From: an uncultured Alphaproteobacteria bacterium
GTDB taxonomy: Bacteria; Pseudomonadota; Alphaproteobacteria; RF32; CAG-239
Length of the DNA stretch: 51,131 nt
Assembly (NCBI GenBank): GCA_947167235.1
Contig: CAMVHF010000003.1
Coordinates: 1 to 51,131 of the forward strand
Reading direction: 5' to 3'
The notes below the pieces were generated by a model, which saw only the letters and a list, made by a program, of their open reading frames with translations, was not told the origin of the DNA and ran no database searches. Position numbers and translations under genes: made by a program. Shown piece by piece: positions 17,798-25,692 of the stretch. Every line of letters begins with the position of its first letter. Position 1 is the first letter of the stretch.

Positions 17798-19941
17798 TAA
17801 TTAACTTTACCTAATGCTCTTGCTAAAATATAATATACTTTTCCGATATCCGAACCCGAAATCAAGGCAAGCAACGTACTGGCACGCTCATTTTCACGGG
17901 CAACATTTATCAAGCTGTTGAAATCATCCAAATATTTATCAACAATAATGCGAAAATCCGGCTTCTTTTCATAATCTTCCTGAATGGCCATAATTTCCTT
18001 TTTAGTCATATTTTTAGCCAAATGACGAACAAATACGGCGTGATCTCCCTCATAATATTTTTTCCATAAATCGTCATCTTTATTGCCGTTTTTACTGAAT
18101 ATAGCATTGACATCAATAGATATTGATTCCAGTTCTTGAATTATATTTGCCGATGTTTTCATAAAGCGATCGATACCGGCTTCTTTTTGTCTTTGGTCGT
18201 ACTCATTCATTTGCTGTTTGGTTTGATCATATCTCTCTTTCAAAAAACCGAGCTGTTTTATAAGCTTGTCATCAAAATCGGAAATCTTGCGCTCGTATGT
18301 ACCCAAAGTCGAACCGATTTCTTTTCCGGCAGAGGATAAACTTTTATTCAACGCATTAATTTTTGAAGATATTTCATCCAAATTGGTCATAGCCTGTTTC
18401 ATATACGTATCTTGCTGAACAAGCAAATCGGCATTTGTTTTGCTTTGTTCCGACATAACATTTGAGCTTTCTATCAGTTTGTTTATATTGCCATTGAGAG
18501 TATTGTTAGCTTGCATGATATTATCGGAAACAGCCTCATTAACTTTGTTAAAGTCCTCAAGAATGCTCCCTGTTTTATCGTGCAAATTACCTATATTACG
18601 GGTTAAACTAGTTTCTATTTCTTTTAATCCGGTTGAAACGATATTGAAAATATTATTTAAATCACTGTTCTTATCTTGAGCCATTTCGTAGAAGTTATGT
18701 AAACGCTTTATTTCTTCACCCAAACTGTTGACCGTCATATTAATATTGTTAACGACTTGCAAGCTTTCGGATTCCAACATTTGACGCTTTCCGGCAATAT
18801 CATTACCGAGTCTCGAAAATGCTTCGGTCACTTGAGCTGATGTTTCGCGAATGGTCTTTAACTGAGTTTGGATGTTGCTTTCCAACGTTCCAGAGCGATT
18901 AATCATCGCTTCAACCTCTAAGCTGATGAGCCTGCCGTATTCCCCGAGTTTATTATCCAGATAGCCGGAATTTTTCTCAATTAAAGCCGATTGCGTTTCA
19001 ACGACCTGTTTTTGTTCCATAATACTGGTTTCGATGTGCGAAATTCCGGAATCTAAGCGACGGAACAATTCTTCGCAGTTTTCAGATGTGCGTAAGAAAG
19101 TTTTTTCCAAATTTTCGCCGCGTTCAGACCATGATTCGATAATTCTGCCGATAGCCAACTGGCTGGTTTCCGAGTATGTATTCAGTTGTTCTTGTGCGCG
19201 TGCAATATTTTCATTATTCACATCAACAACCTCTTTAACCCGTTCGGCCGCCGTTACCATCTGATTTACCATAGGTGTCAAAATACTAACCAGTTTTTCG
19301 CTGTCTTCCTTCATTTGCAAGGTATTAACACGAAAATCCGCGGTAGCTGTCGTGGCTTTTTCGGTAACATAACCGAAATTATCAACCAGTTTTTGAATTT
19401 CATTATTCAATTCGGACATCGTTTGAGATGAATACTTATCCAAAGCTTCCGCCAACTGCTTAAAATCATCGACACGTTCGGTTAAATCGCGCTTAATCAC
19501 ATCGCTTTGAGCGCAAATATCACGAGTAACCTCTTTTAATTCCGAAACCTGAGTTCTGATAGCTTCGGCAATCATTTTTGTTGCTGCACTGCCGTCAGAA
19601 TCCGGAAATATAATCTGACTGAGCGAATCGCGTAACATTCTGGTTTCATTTTTAAAACTGTTACCGCGATCAATGTAAGCCATAATTACCCATATAATCG
19701 CCAATGGCAAGGTTATTGTAGCCATAAAACCGCTAAACTCGTTCGGCAACATTGAAAACAGGTTATCCCAGCCGGAGAAAAAGGTAATGTATATGGCAAC
19801 AATTGCAAACCACATTACACTGAATACAATAATGAAACTGTGTAATCCGTTAGCAAACCAACTTCCGTTTTCTTCCGTTTGAACCGAAACAATGTCCGCA
19901 ATATTCTTTTTTGCCTGTTTTCCCGAATTTTTCGCAGTCAT
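17797..19941 (-). CDS. Membrane-anchored coiled-coil/apolipoprotein-like protein, TipN/RgsE(GPR)-like polar landmark
   Basis: Two N-terminal TM helices, long amphipathic helical repeats, C-terminal LWKKYYEGD..VF.RHL...FR..VDKY...SDIGKVY.ILARALG resembling the alphaproteobacterial TipN/RgsE C-terminus (from recall). Confidence 0.55.
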   Translation of the reverse strand: MTAKNSGKQAKKNIADIVSVQTEENGSWFANGLHSFIIVFSVMWFAIVAIYITFFSGWDNLFSMLPNEFSGFMATITLPLAIIWVIMAYIDRGNSFKNETRMLRDSLSQIIFPDSDGSAATKMIAEAIRTQVSELKEVTRDICAQSDVIKRDLTERVDDFKQLAEALDKYSSQTMSELNNEIQKLVDNFGYVTEKATTATADFRVNTLQMKEDSEKLVSILTPMVNQMVTAAERVKEVVDVNNENIARAQEQLNTYSETSQLAIGRIIESWSERGENLEKTFLRTSENCEELFRRLDSGISHIETSIMEQKQVVETQSALIEKNSGYLDNKLGEYGRLISLEVEAMINRSGTLESNIQTQLKTIRETSAQVTEAFSRLGNDIAGKRQMLESESLQVVNNINMTVNSLGEEIKRLHNFYEMAQDKNSDLNNIFNIVSTGLKEIETSLTRNIGNLHDKTGSILEDFNKVNEAVSDNIMQANNTLNGNINKLIESSNVMSEQSKTNADLLVQQDTYMKQAMTNLDEISSKINALNKSLSSAGKEIGSTLGTYERKISDFDDKLIKQLGFLKERYDQTKQQMNEYDQRQKEAGIDRFMKTSANIIQELESISIDVNAIFSKNGNKDDDLWKKYYEGDHAVFVRHLAKNMTKKEIMAIQEDYEKKPDFRIIVDKYLDDFNSLINVARENERASTLLALISGSDIGKVYYILARALGKVN

Positions 19942-20103
19942 AAGACGTCCCCTGTGTTATAAAATTACACTATTTTTGACCATACTACATTGCAAATGGT
20001 AAATATTTTACATAAATTTTGCACTATTATTAAAAAAATGATTGATTTTTAAAAAGTTCTATGTATTTTGTAATTGTTGTCAAAAACAATACTTAAGAAT
20101 TAT

Positions 20104-20485
20104 GCCGTTGTAGCTTTAGTTTTAGAGCACGTCATTGGTAGCTGCTAAGCAAAAACAACCTCTAAATGTTGTTTTTGTCTGCAAAGCCCGAAGGCGTCCG
20201 GTAAGCAAGGGAAAGAATTTGACCGAAGCGAGCCGCAGACGACGAGGCGGGGTCGGACCCCGTCATTACGAAAAATAGTCCGAGTATAGATTATGCCGTT
20301 GTAGCTTTAGTTTTAGAGCACGTCATTGGTAGCTGCTAAGCAAAAACAACCTCTAAATGTTGTTTTTGTCTGCAAAGCCCGAAGGCGTCCGGTAAGCAAG
20401 GGAAAGAATTTGACCGAAGCGAGCCGCAGACGACGAGGCGGGGTCGGACCCCGTCATTACGAAAAATAGTCCGAGTATAGATTAT
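20104..20485 (+). repeat. Two identical 191-bp tandem units, each starting with a 5' half of tRNA-Thr
   Basis: Units 20104-20294 and 20295-20485; the third period start coincides with the tRNA at 20486. Confidence 0.92.
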
Positions 20486-20560
20486 GCCGTTGTAGCTCAG
20501 TGGTAGAGCACGTCATTGGTAATGACGGGGTCGAAAGTCCGATTCTTTTCAGCGGCACCA
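20486..20560 (+). tRNA. tRNA-Thr (anticodon GGT)
   Basis: GCCGTTG/CAGCGGC acceptor stem, D-arm GCTC/GAGC, CGTCA-TTGGTAA-TGACG anticodon arm, T-arm GAAAG-TCCGATT-CTTTT, encoded CCA. Confidence 0.93.
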
Positions 20561-20572
20561 TTTGTTAATTTG

Positions 20573-20601
20573 AGCCGTTCGAAGCAGTTTGTCGAACGGC
20601 T
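20573..20601 (+). terminator. Hairpin after tRNA-Thr (probable terminator)
   Basis: AGCCGTTCGA / TCGAACGGCT 10-bp stem. Confidence 0.55.
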
Positions 20602-20637
20602 TAACTATTGAAAATACTATATTTTTTCCATCGGTGA

Positions 20638-20695
20638 AAAAGTCCGATAATATTAATCTTAAAAAGTCGCGTTTTAGCGAAATTATCGGACTTTT
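20638..20695. repeat. Palindromic element AAAAGTCCGATAAT-N30-ATTATCGGACTTTT (family member 1)
   Basis: 14-bp perfect inverted repeat; relatives at 21742-21797, 22554-22603 (degenerate right arm), 23379-23429. Confidence 0.8.
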
Positions 20696-20704
20696 GATAA
20701 AAGA

Positions 20705-21319
20705 TTATTTGGATCTGAAGAAATCATAAATATTATGACCTATTTTCTTATCGAAATAATTTTTTATTTCATTACTATCTATCAAAATATCATCAACATT
20801 TACATTGCCGTGGCGCTCAATAAATTCTGCTGCTCGCTGTTCTAACGTAACAAATCCATTTTTATTTGCCAAATTATCACATAATTGAATTAAGTAATCT
20901 TCATCCACCGATTTATTCTTTTTGATAAAATCAGCAACAAATTGATAATCATTTTCTTTATTATAAAATAACTTTGCACATTTTTCGTATGGTGGTAAAT
21001 TACTCCACGGAAACATATGTACCAAACAAATTCGTGCAACATCTTTATCTTGATTTATTAATTTTTCATATCCAAGGATGCCGTGAAAACGCTGAATTCT
21101 GTCTTCTTCAGTTCTGCAAATATCGTGTAATAATCCCATAACATAAACTCTATCGGCATTCATTGTATTTATTTCCGATGCGATCAACTTCGCAATTTTG
21201 GCTGTTCCATATACATGATTTTCATATGTATACCAAGTATTCGGATCACGACCTAAAGCTATTTCATTTTTTTTTAACTCTTCAATTAAATTTTGTGCTT
21301 TTATGATTGAAATATTCAT
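20705..21319 (-). CDS. HD-domain metal-dependent phosphohydrolase
   Basis: ENHVYG...GLLHDICR...HGILG...VH...LCDNLA. Confidence 0.85.
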   Translation of the reverse strand: MNISIIKAQNLIEELKKNEIALGRDPNTWYTYENHVYGTAKIAKLIASEINTMNADRVYVMGLLHDICRTEEDRIQRFHGILGYEKLINQDKDVARICLVHMFPWSNLPPYEKCAKLFYNKENDYQFVADFIKKNKSVDEDYLIQLCDNLANKNGFVTLEQRAAEFIERHGNVNVDDILIDSNEIKNYFDKKIGHNIYDFFRSK

Positions 21320-21485
21320 ATTATTCTTTCCTTATTTATTGTTTAGTTTAGGATATAAAGCAATAAACCTTATTTCAATATGCTTTTATACATTTTCCAA
21401 TGCTTTCTCCAACTTATATCCTAGCCTCCTATATTCCTGCGCATTTTCATTCCGATAATCGCAAACTATCGCGCACCAATGCAAG

Positions 21486-21510
21486 AAACCCGCCCTTTGT
21501 GGCGGGTTTT
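21486..21510. terminator. Intrinsic terminator-like hairpin
   Basis: AAACCCGCC-ctttgt-GGCGGGTTTT. Confidence 0.6.
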
Positions 21511-21543
21511 TGCGTTGGTATCGGTGGCATAAACAGTATTTAT

Positions 21544-21685
21544 GAGCAAGTCATTACCAATGACGGGGGCGAAAGTCCGGCATCGCAGCGCCGGAAGTAT
21601 TCGGCGCAAGATAGACGGCGAATTTATGAGCCGGCCGCTTGCGGGGCTATAGTGTAACGCGCGCACATTCTTATCAGCGGCACCA
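21544..21685 (+). pseudogene. tRNA-Thr-derived fragment: inverted anticodon loop plus 87-nt insert in the T-loop
   Basis: GAGCAAGTCATTACCAATGACGGGGGCGAAAGTCCG-[21580-21666]-ATTCTTATCAGCGGCACCA compared with the tRNA at 20486. Confidence 0.85.
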
Positions 21686-21691
21686 TTTTTG

Positions 21692-21718
21692 AAAACCGCC
21701 TCATCGCAGGCGGTTTTT
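21692..21718. terminator. Intrinsic terminator after tRNA fragment A
   Basis: AAAACCGCCT-catcgc-AGGCGGTTTTT; near-identical copy at 22502-22529. Confidence 0.7.
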
Positions 21719-21858
21719 GCATTGTTTGGGCTGAATCCCATAAAGTCCGATTGTTTGATTACTGAAAACAGCGATTTTTCTTTATCTATCGGACTTTTGA
21801 GGTAGGAATGTTGACATTTTAATTAATTCTGTTACAAAAAAGACAAGGAGAAACAATT

Positions 21859-22368
21859 ATGTCTACTTACTTAATCATTGGAAACCTTTTTTCTTTATTG
21901 TCGGCAATTTGTCTTGCTATTTCGGTTATAAAGAAAAATAAAAATGATTTTATGTATTGGCAAATCGGAGATCCACTTTTCGGAATTGCAACATGCATTG
22001 TGCTTTCGGCTTATGCGGCGCTTGTTATCAGTGTGGTTTGCTTTATTCGTAATATTTTATCTTATAAAAATAAACTAACTAAAAATATCACCTATATTCT
22101 GCTAATTATAAACGTGGCTATCGGGCTTTATGTTAATAATCTCGGCGGTATCGGCTTGATGGTGATTTTGGCTTCTGCCGGTTATACAGTGTGCATTTAT
22201 CTTACAAAAAACGAACAACAAATGCGTTGGGCATTGGTTGTTAACCAGTTGTTGTGGTTTATTCATAATTTTTATGTGCAAGCATATCCTTCGGCTGTAG
22301 CTTGTATCGTATTATGTATATGGACATTTATACAGATTTACAAAAACCGTCGTCAATTTATCTCCTAA
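21859..22368 (+). CDS. YgjV-family inner membrane protein (paralog 1)
   Basis: 169 aa, highly hydrophobic; IGNLFSLLS..KKNK..WQ, RNILSYKNK, KNEQQMRWAL, YVQAYPS shared with paralogs; AGGAG RBS. Confidence 0.75.
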   Translation: MSTYLIIGNLFSLLSAICLAISVIKKNKNDFMYWQIGDPLFGIATCIVLSAYAALVISVVCFIRNILSYKNKLTKNITYILLIINVAIGLYVNNLGGIGLMVILASAGYTVCIYLTKNEQQMRWALVVNQLLWFIHNFYVQAYPSAVACIVLCIWTFIQIYKNRRQFIS

Positions 22369-22393
22369 CTGCTTATATTCATCGTAATTTTCT

Positions 22394-22497
22394 GTCCGGA
22401 ATCGTAGCGCCGGAAATGTTCGGCGCAAGATAGACGGCGGAGCCGGCCGCTTGCGGGGCTATAGTGAAACGCGCGCACTTTCTTTTCAGCGGCACCA
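22394..22497 (+). pseudogene. tRNA-Thr 3'-end fragment with 80-nt insert in the T-loop
   Basis: GTCCG-[22399-22478]-TTTCTTTTCAGCGGCACCA; insert homologous to 21580-21666. Confidence 0.85.
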
Positions 22498-22501
22498 ATA
22501 C

Positions 22502-22529
22502 AAAAAACCGCCTCATTGCAGGCGGTTTT
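22502..22529. terminator. Intrinsic terminator after tRNA fragment B
   Basis: AAAACCGCCT-cattgc-AGGCGGTTTT. Confidence 0.7.
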
Positions 22530-22766
22530 CTTGTTGATATCACTGACTCCCACAAAGTCCGATTGTCTGTTCTCTGAAAATACCATTTTTTTTCATCGCA
22601 GTTGCCTTAACATAGGCAAATATTATAGATATGAAACGGAAATAGCAAAAAATAATATTTTCCTTATGTAACCGGCAATTATTACTGTTATTGAAAACCA
22701 CCTTAAAGTATTTATTCTTAAGAGGAATATATTTGAGCGTTTATTGGTAAATAAAGAAATTTTCTA

Positions 22767-22795
22767 TTGACAAATATGTGTAAAAAACATACAGT
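22767..22795 (+). promoter_or_regulatory. Sigma70-type promoter
   Basis: TTGACA-N17-TACAGT upstream of the 22828 ORF. Confidence 0.5.
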
Positions 22796-22827
22796 ACAGG
22801 AAATTGGTATTATTAAAAAGTTATTGT

Positions 22828-23184
22828 ATGAGAGTTATCTTTTTTTTAACCCTTATAGGGTTATGTGTGTCTTGCTCAAAAGATGTGTCTATACCTGCTG
22901 AAAGTGATGTTTTTGTTGTTGAGGATGCAAAAGTTTCTGAAACAACGATAACCTTCAATTTTAAGGGTGTTTCTGAGCCTAAAACTTTTTCTATTATTTC
23001 TTGCCAAGATGACAGTGAGTCTTTCCCGTCTTACAAGAAAGGAGATGTGGTCCTCATTAAGGATTGCAGGGTTTCTCATCTGCAGGAAGTGTGGAAGGTC
23101 GGAGTTATCATGCTATGCATTGCAATTTTGATTGTCGGCGCGTTTGTCGGTATGATCATTGTATGTGCAATAGAAAGTCAATAA
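22828..23184 (+). CDS. Putative lipoprotein with C-terminal TM helix
   Basis: Start reassigned to MRVIFFLTLIGLCVSC (lipobox-like); hydrophobic C-terminus; own promoter and terminator. Confidence 0.55.
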   Translation: MRVIFFLTLIGLCVSCSKDVSIPAESDVFVVEDAKVSETTITFNFKGVSEPKTFSIISCQDDSESFPSYKKGDVVLIKDCRVSHLQEVWKVGVIMLCIAILIVGAFVGMIIVCAIESQ

Positions 23185-23217
23185 AAAGAACTTGCCCGTC
23201 GGGCAAGTTCTTTTTAT
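23181..23217. terminator. Bidirectional intrinsic terminator
   Basis: ATAAAAAGAACTTGCCC-gtc-GGGCAAGTTCTTTTTAT, perfect stem. Confidence 0.8.
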
Positions 23218-23304
23218 TGATAAGAGAGCAATGCTTTAATGAACCTTACCTTTTAAAGTGTGAACTCTTTTTCAGACATACAAACGTGAGTTGTTTTATT
23301 ATCA

Positions 23305-23389
23305 TCAATATGCTTTTATACATTTTCCAATGCTTTCTCCAGCTTATATCTCAGCTGCTTATATTCATTGTAATTTTCAGTCCGATAAT
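23305..23389. repeat. 85-bp dispersed repeat (homolog at 21375-21459; partial copy at 22369-22398)
   Basis: 37-bp exact match 21375-21411 = 23305-23341, then gap-free similarity up to TCCGATAAT. Confidence 0.85.
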
Positions 23390-23493
23390 TTGCTTCTCAA
23401 AAATACCATTTTTTAATCATTATCGGACTTTTTGCTAATAAGTATTGAATTATTGAATTTATTAAGCTAAAAAAACAGAAAAGAGGTTAATTT

Positions 23494-23991
23494 ATGCCAA
23501 CATATTTGATTTTAGGTAATATATTTTCTTTATTGTCAGCACTTTGCATAGCTATATCTGTTTTAAAAAAAAATAAAAACGATTTAATTTTATGGCAAGG
23601 TATAGATGTTATATTTTGCATCTTATCAAATATCGCTCTTTATACATACTCTGCATTAGCAACAAACACCATCGCACTAATAAGAAATTTTTTGGCCTAC
23701 AAAAATAAGCTAACAAAACAAATAACTTGGATTTTATTCATTTTATGTATTGTCGCAGGATTATATGCAAACAATCGCGGTATAATTGGTTTGTTTCCGA
23801 TTATTGCCTCAGCGAGTTATACCATTTTTATGTATATAACTAAAAACGAACAGCAAATGCGTTGGGCGTTGGTTTCCAACCTTATTTTATGGTTTGTTCA
23901 CGATATTTATGTTCAGGCATATCCGTCTGCCTTAATAGATGTGGTTTTAAGCGTGTGGACTTCTATACAAATTTTTAAAAATCGAAAATAG
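23494..23991 (+). CDS. YgjV-family inner membrane protein (paralog 2)
   Basis: 165 aa, clearly alignable to 21859-22368. Confidence 0.75.
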   Translation: MPTYLILGNIFSLLSALCIAISVLKKNKNDLILWQGIDVIFCILSNIALYTYSALATNTIALIRNFLAYKNKLTKQITWILFILCIVAGLYANNRGIIGLFPIIASASYTIFMYITKNEQQMRWALVSNLILWFVHDIYVQAYPSALIDVVLSVWTSIQIFKNRK

Positions 23992-24067
23992 AAATTTTAT
24001 TCTTCAATTTTTCACATTCTTGCGGGTGGTTAGTCCGATATTCCCACACTGTTTCGCAACCTTTTAT

Positions 24068-24091
24068 AAAAGCACTTCTCGAGGTGCTTTT
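24068..24091. terminator. AAAAGCAC-N8-GTGCTTTT bidirectional terminator
   Basis: Hairpin between convergent genes; same family at 25548-25579 and 26378-26403. Confidence 0.65.
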
Positions 24092-24616
24092 CTATTTAAT
24101 CAAAATTCTTATAAAATAGCTGAATAAAACTATAATGTCGGCAGTAAATAAAAACAAGGATATTGTGGCCAGAATGTTGCAAACATAAGAAAATTTGATC
24201 TTTATTTTATTTTCCGTATAAGACGCAATGAAATAATAAACCAAGCAACCGATTACCGGTATAATAACATCTAACGCTTTACTAAACAGAGAAATCGTCA
24301 AAAACACTAAAATAACGGTAAGTATAAAAACAAATATCTTTAAGGGTTTGCAGTTTTTGATGTATGCCGGAAGCAATAAGGCTATAATCAGCGATAATAA
24401 TCCGCCCCAAACAACCGCCAGTATAATACTCATAAAACTAAGCATCGTAGGGGAAAAAAGGTCCTCAAACGCTAAAAAACTGAAAATAATCGTACCGCCC
24501 AAAATTTTATATAACAAGCTGATAGTCTGTTCTTTATTATTGCGCCAAAAATAAATTATTTCACCTAAAGCAATAATCATAAATATAAGAGCTATAACAA
24601 ATATGGTTATTGGCAT
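24092..24616 (-). CDS. Hypothetical multi-pass membrane protein
   Basis: 174 aa, about 6 hydrophobic segments; AAGGA RBS. Confidence 0.6.
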   Translation of the reverse strand: MPITIFVIALIFMIIALGEIIYFWRNNKEQTISLLYKILGGTIIFSFLAFEDLFSPTMLSFMSIILAVVWGGLLSLIIALLLPAYIKNCKPLKIFVFILTVILVFLTISLFSKALDVIIPVIGCLVYYFIASYTENKIKIKFSYVCNILATISLFLFTADIIVLFSYFIRILIK

Positions 24617-24935
24617 TTTAATTCCTTTCGACGATAATTGTTTTGTAAAGAACAGCCTTTATATTAAATATTCTAAAAAAAATGTCAAACTATTACTCTT
24701 GCGTTATGCTGATAAAATTCAAGCATCTGCGAATTATTTTAAAAAGCGGCAGATGCCTAACTGTGTGGTCAGGACTCGGTGTTATAATATTAGTTATCTT
24801 TCGTGAATACACTTGACTTTTGTCTAAAATAAGTATAAAAAGGAAGTATAATTAATACTTCAAATAAGGAGGCAGATAGCTTATATTTGTAAGGAAATAA
24901 ATCATATTTGAAGGATTTGTACAAGGATACGAAAA

Positions 24936-25496
24936 ATGAGCAAAAATTTGAATAACACGAATAATGTAGAAGAAAATTTCCTTTGTTTTGATGATAACGG
25001 TTCCGAACCGGAAATTATCGCAAAAGAGAAGGATGGCAAACAACAGTGGTATAAAATGTATAAAGAACATTTTGTTTCCGTTGATCAGACATTAAAAATT
25101 TATAACTTTATGCAACAAAATTCTTTGGACTATGTTACGGTAAAAGCTCAATATCAAAAAGCACAAATCCTCGATGATAAAGATATCATTGTCAGTTTTG
25201 GTGAAAAGGATGTACCTTTATCAGAAATTGAACCGTATGATAATTCAAAACTCAGAAAAGCCTTGGAAAAGCAGATTGGCGATGCTGAAAAATTTTATAG
25301 AAAACAAAGCAAAAATAATGATGCGCAAGCTACTGAAGATGTAGCCACAAATAAGTTGGCCAATCTTCGCAAAAAGATTGCCCACAATATTGATAAAACA
25401 CTCGGTACAAATCTTGAAGAAAAGAAGTTAGTAAAACCTTTGAAAAAGATAGAAAAGTTTGTATCGGATAAATTATTCGGTAAAGTTAATGAGTAG
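24936..25496 (+). CDS. Hypothetical protein with Lys-rich helical C-terminus
   Basis: 186-aa ORF, AAGGA RBS, downstream terminator. Confidence 0.65.
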   Translation: MSKNLNNTNNVEENFLCFDDNGSEPEIIAKEKDGKQQWYKMYKEHFVSVDQTLKIYNFMQQNSLDYVTVKAQYQKAQILDDKDIIVSFGEKDVPLSEIEPYDNSKLRKALEKQIGDAEKFYRKQSKNNDAQATEDVATNKLANLRKKIAHNIDKTLGTNLEEKKLVKPLKKIEKFVSDKLFGKVNE

Positions 25497-25547
25497 ATTA
25501 TCAATTTTTGCTCTCAGCGCGCTGTGGTATTGAGGATAATTAATCCA

Positions 25548-25579
25548 ATAAAAAAGCACCTTAAAAGGTGCTTTTTTAT
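25548..25579. terminator. Intrinsic terminator
   Basis: ATAAAAAAGCACCTT-aa-AAGGTGCTTTTTTAT. Confidence 0.75.
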
Positions 25580-25692
25580 TGTTTGGTTTTATAAATTCCA
25601 AATAACTTTTTTTATAAATCATCAAATTTTTGATAAAAAATTTAGATTTATACCCTAGTATATGAAAAAAATAATCTTAAAGGAAATATAGA

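Noticed and set aside
12121-18041. Near-matches to the 14-bp motif (12121 GTAAAATACACCGT, 18028 AACAAATACGGCGT; minus-strand partials near 5871 and 31128)
   Set aside because: At least one to three mismatches in the otherwise invariant positions, so they may be chance; not counted in the cluster.
1578-19431. Numerous short antisense or alternate-frame ORFs inside housekeeping genes
   Set aside because: Shadows of long conserved CDSs, with no motifs or RBS support.
20104-20294. Intron-containing tRNA-Thr (group I or BHB type)
   Set aside because: No complete 3' exon or acceptor strand in the unit, D-loop GG is lost, and the insert is too short and lacks recognisable group I core elements.
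20104-20560. CRISPR array interpretation of the 191-bp periodic repeat
   Set aside because: Units are identical over their whole length (no unique spacers), the repeat is tRNA-derived, and there are no cas genes in the window.
21400-22586. ORFs 21400-21657, 21466-21741 and 22365-22586 as real genes
   Set aside because: They run through tRNA fragments, hairpin inserts and terminators and lack RBSs; at most they hold remnants of a gene tail.
24723-24756. GCATCTGC/GCAGATGC hairpin as a riboswitch or sRNA
   Set aside because: Single 8-bp stem in a divergent promoter region with no other supporting motif.
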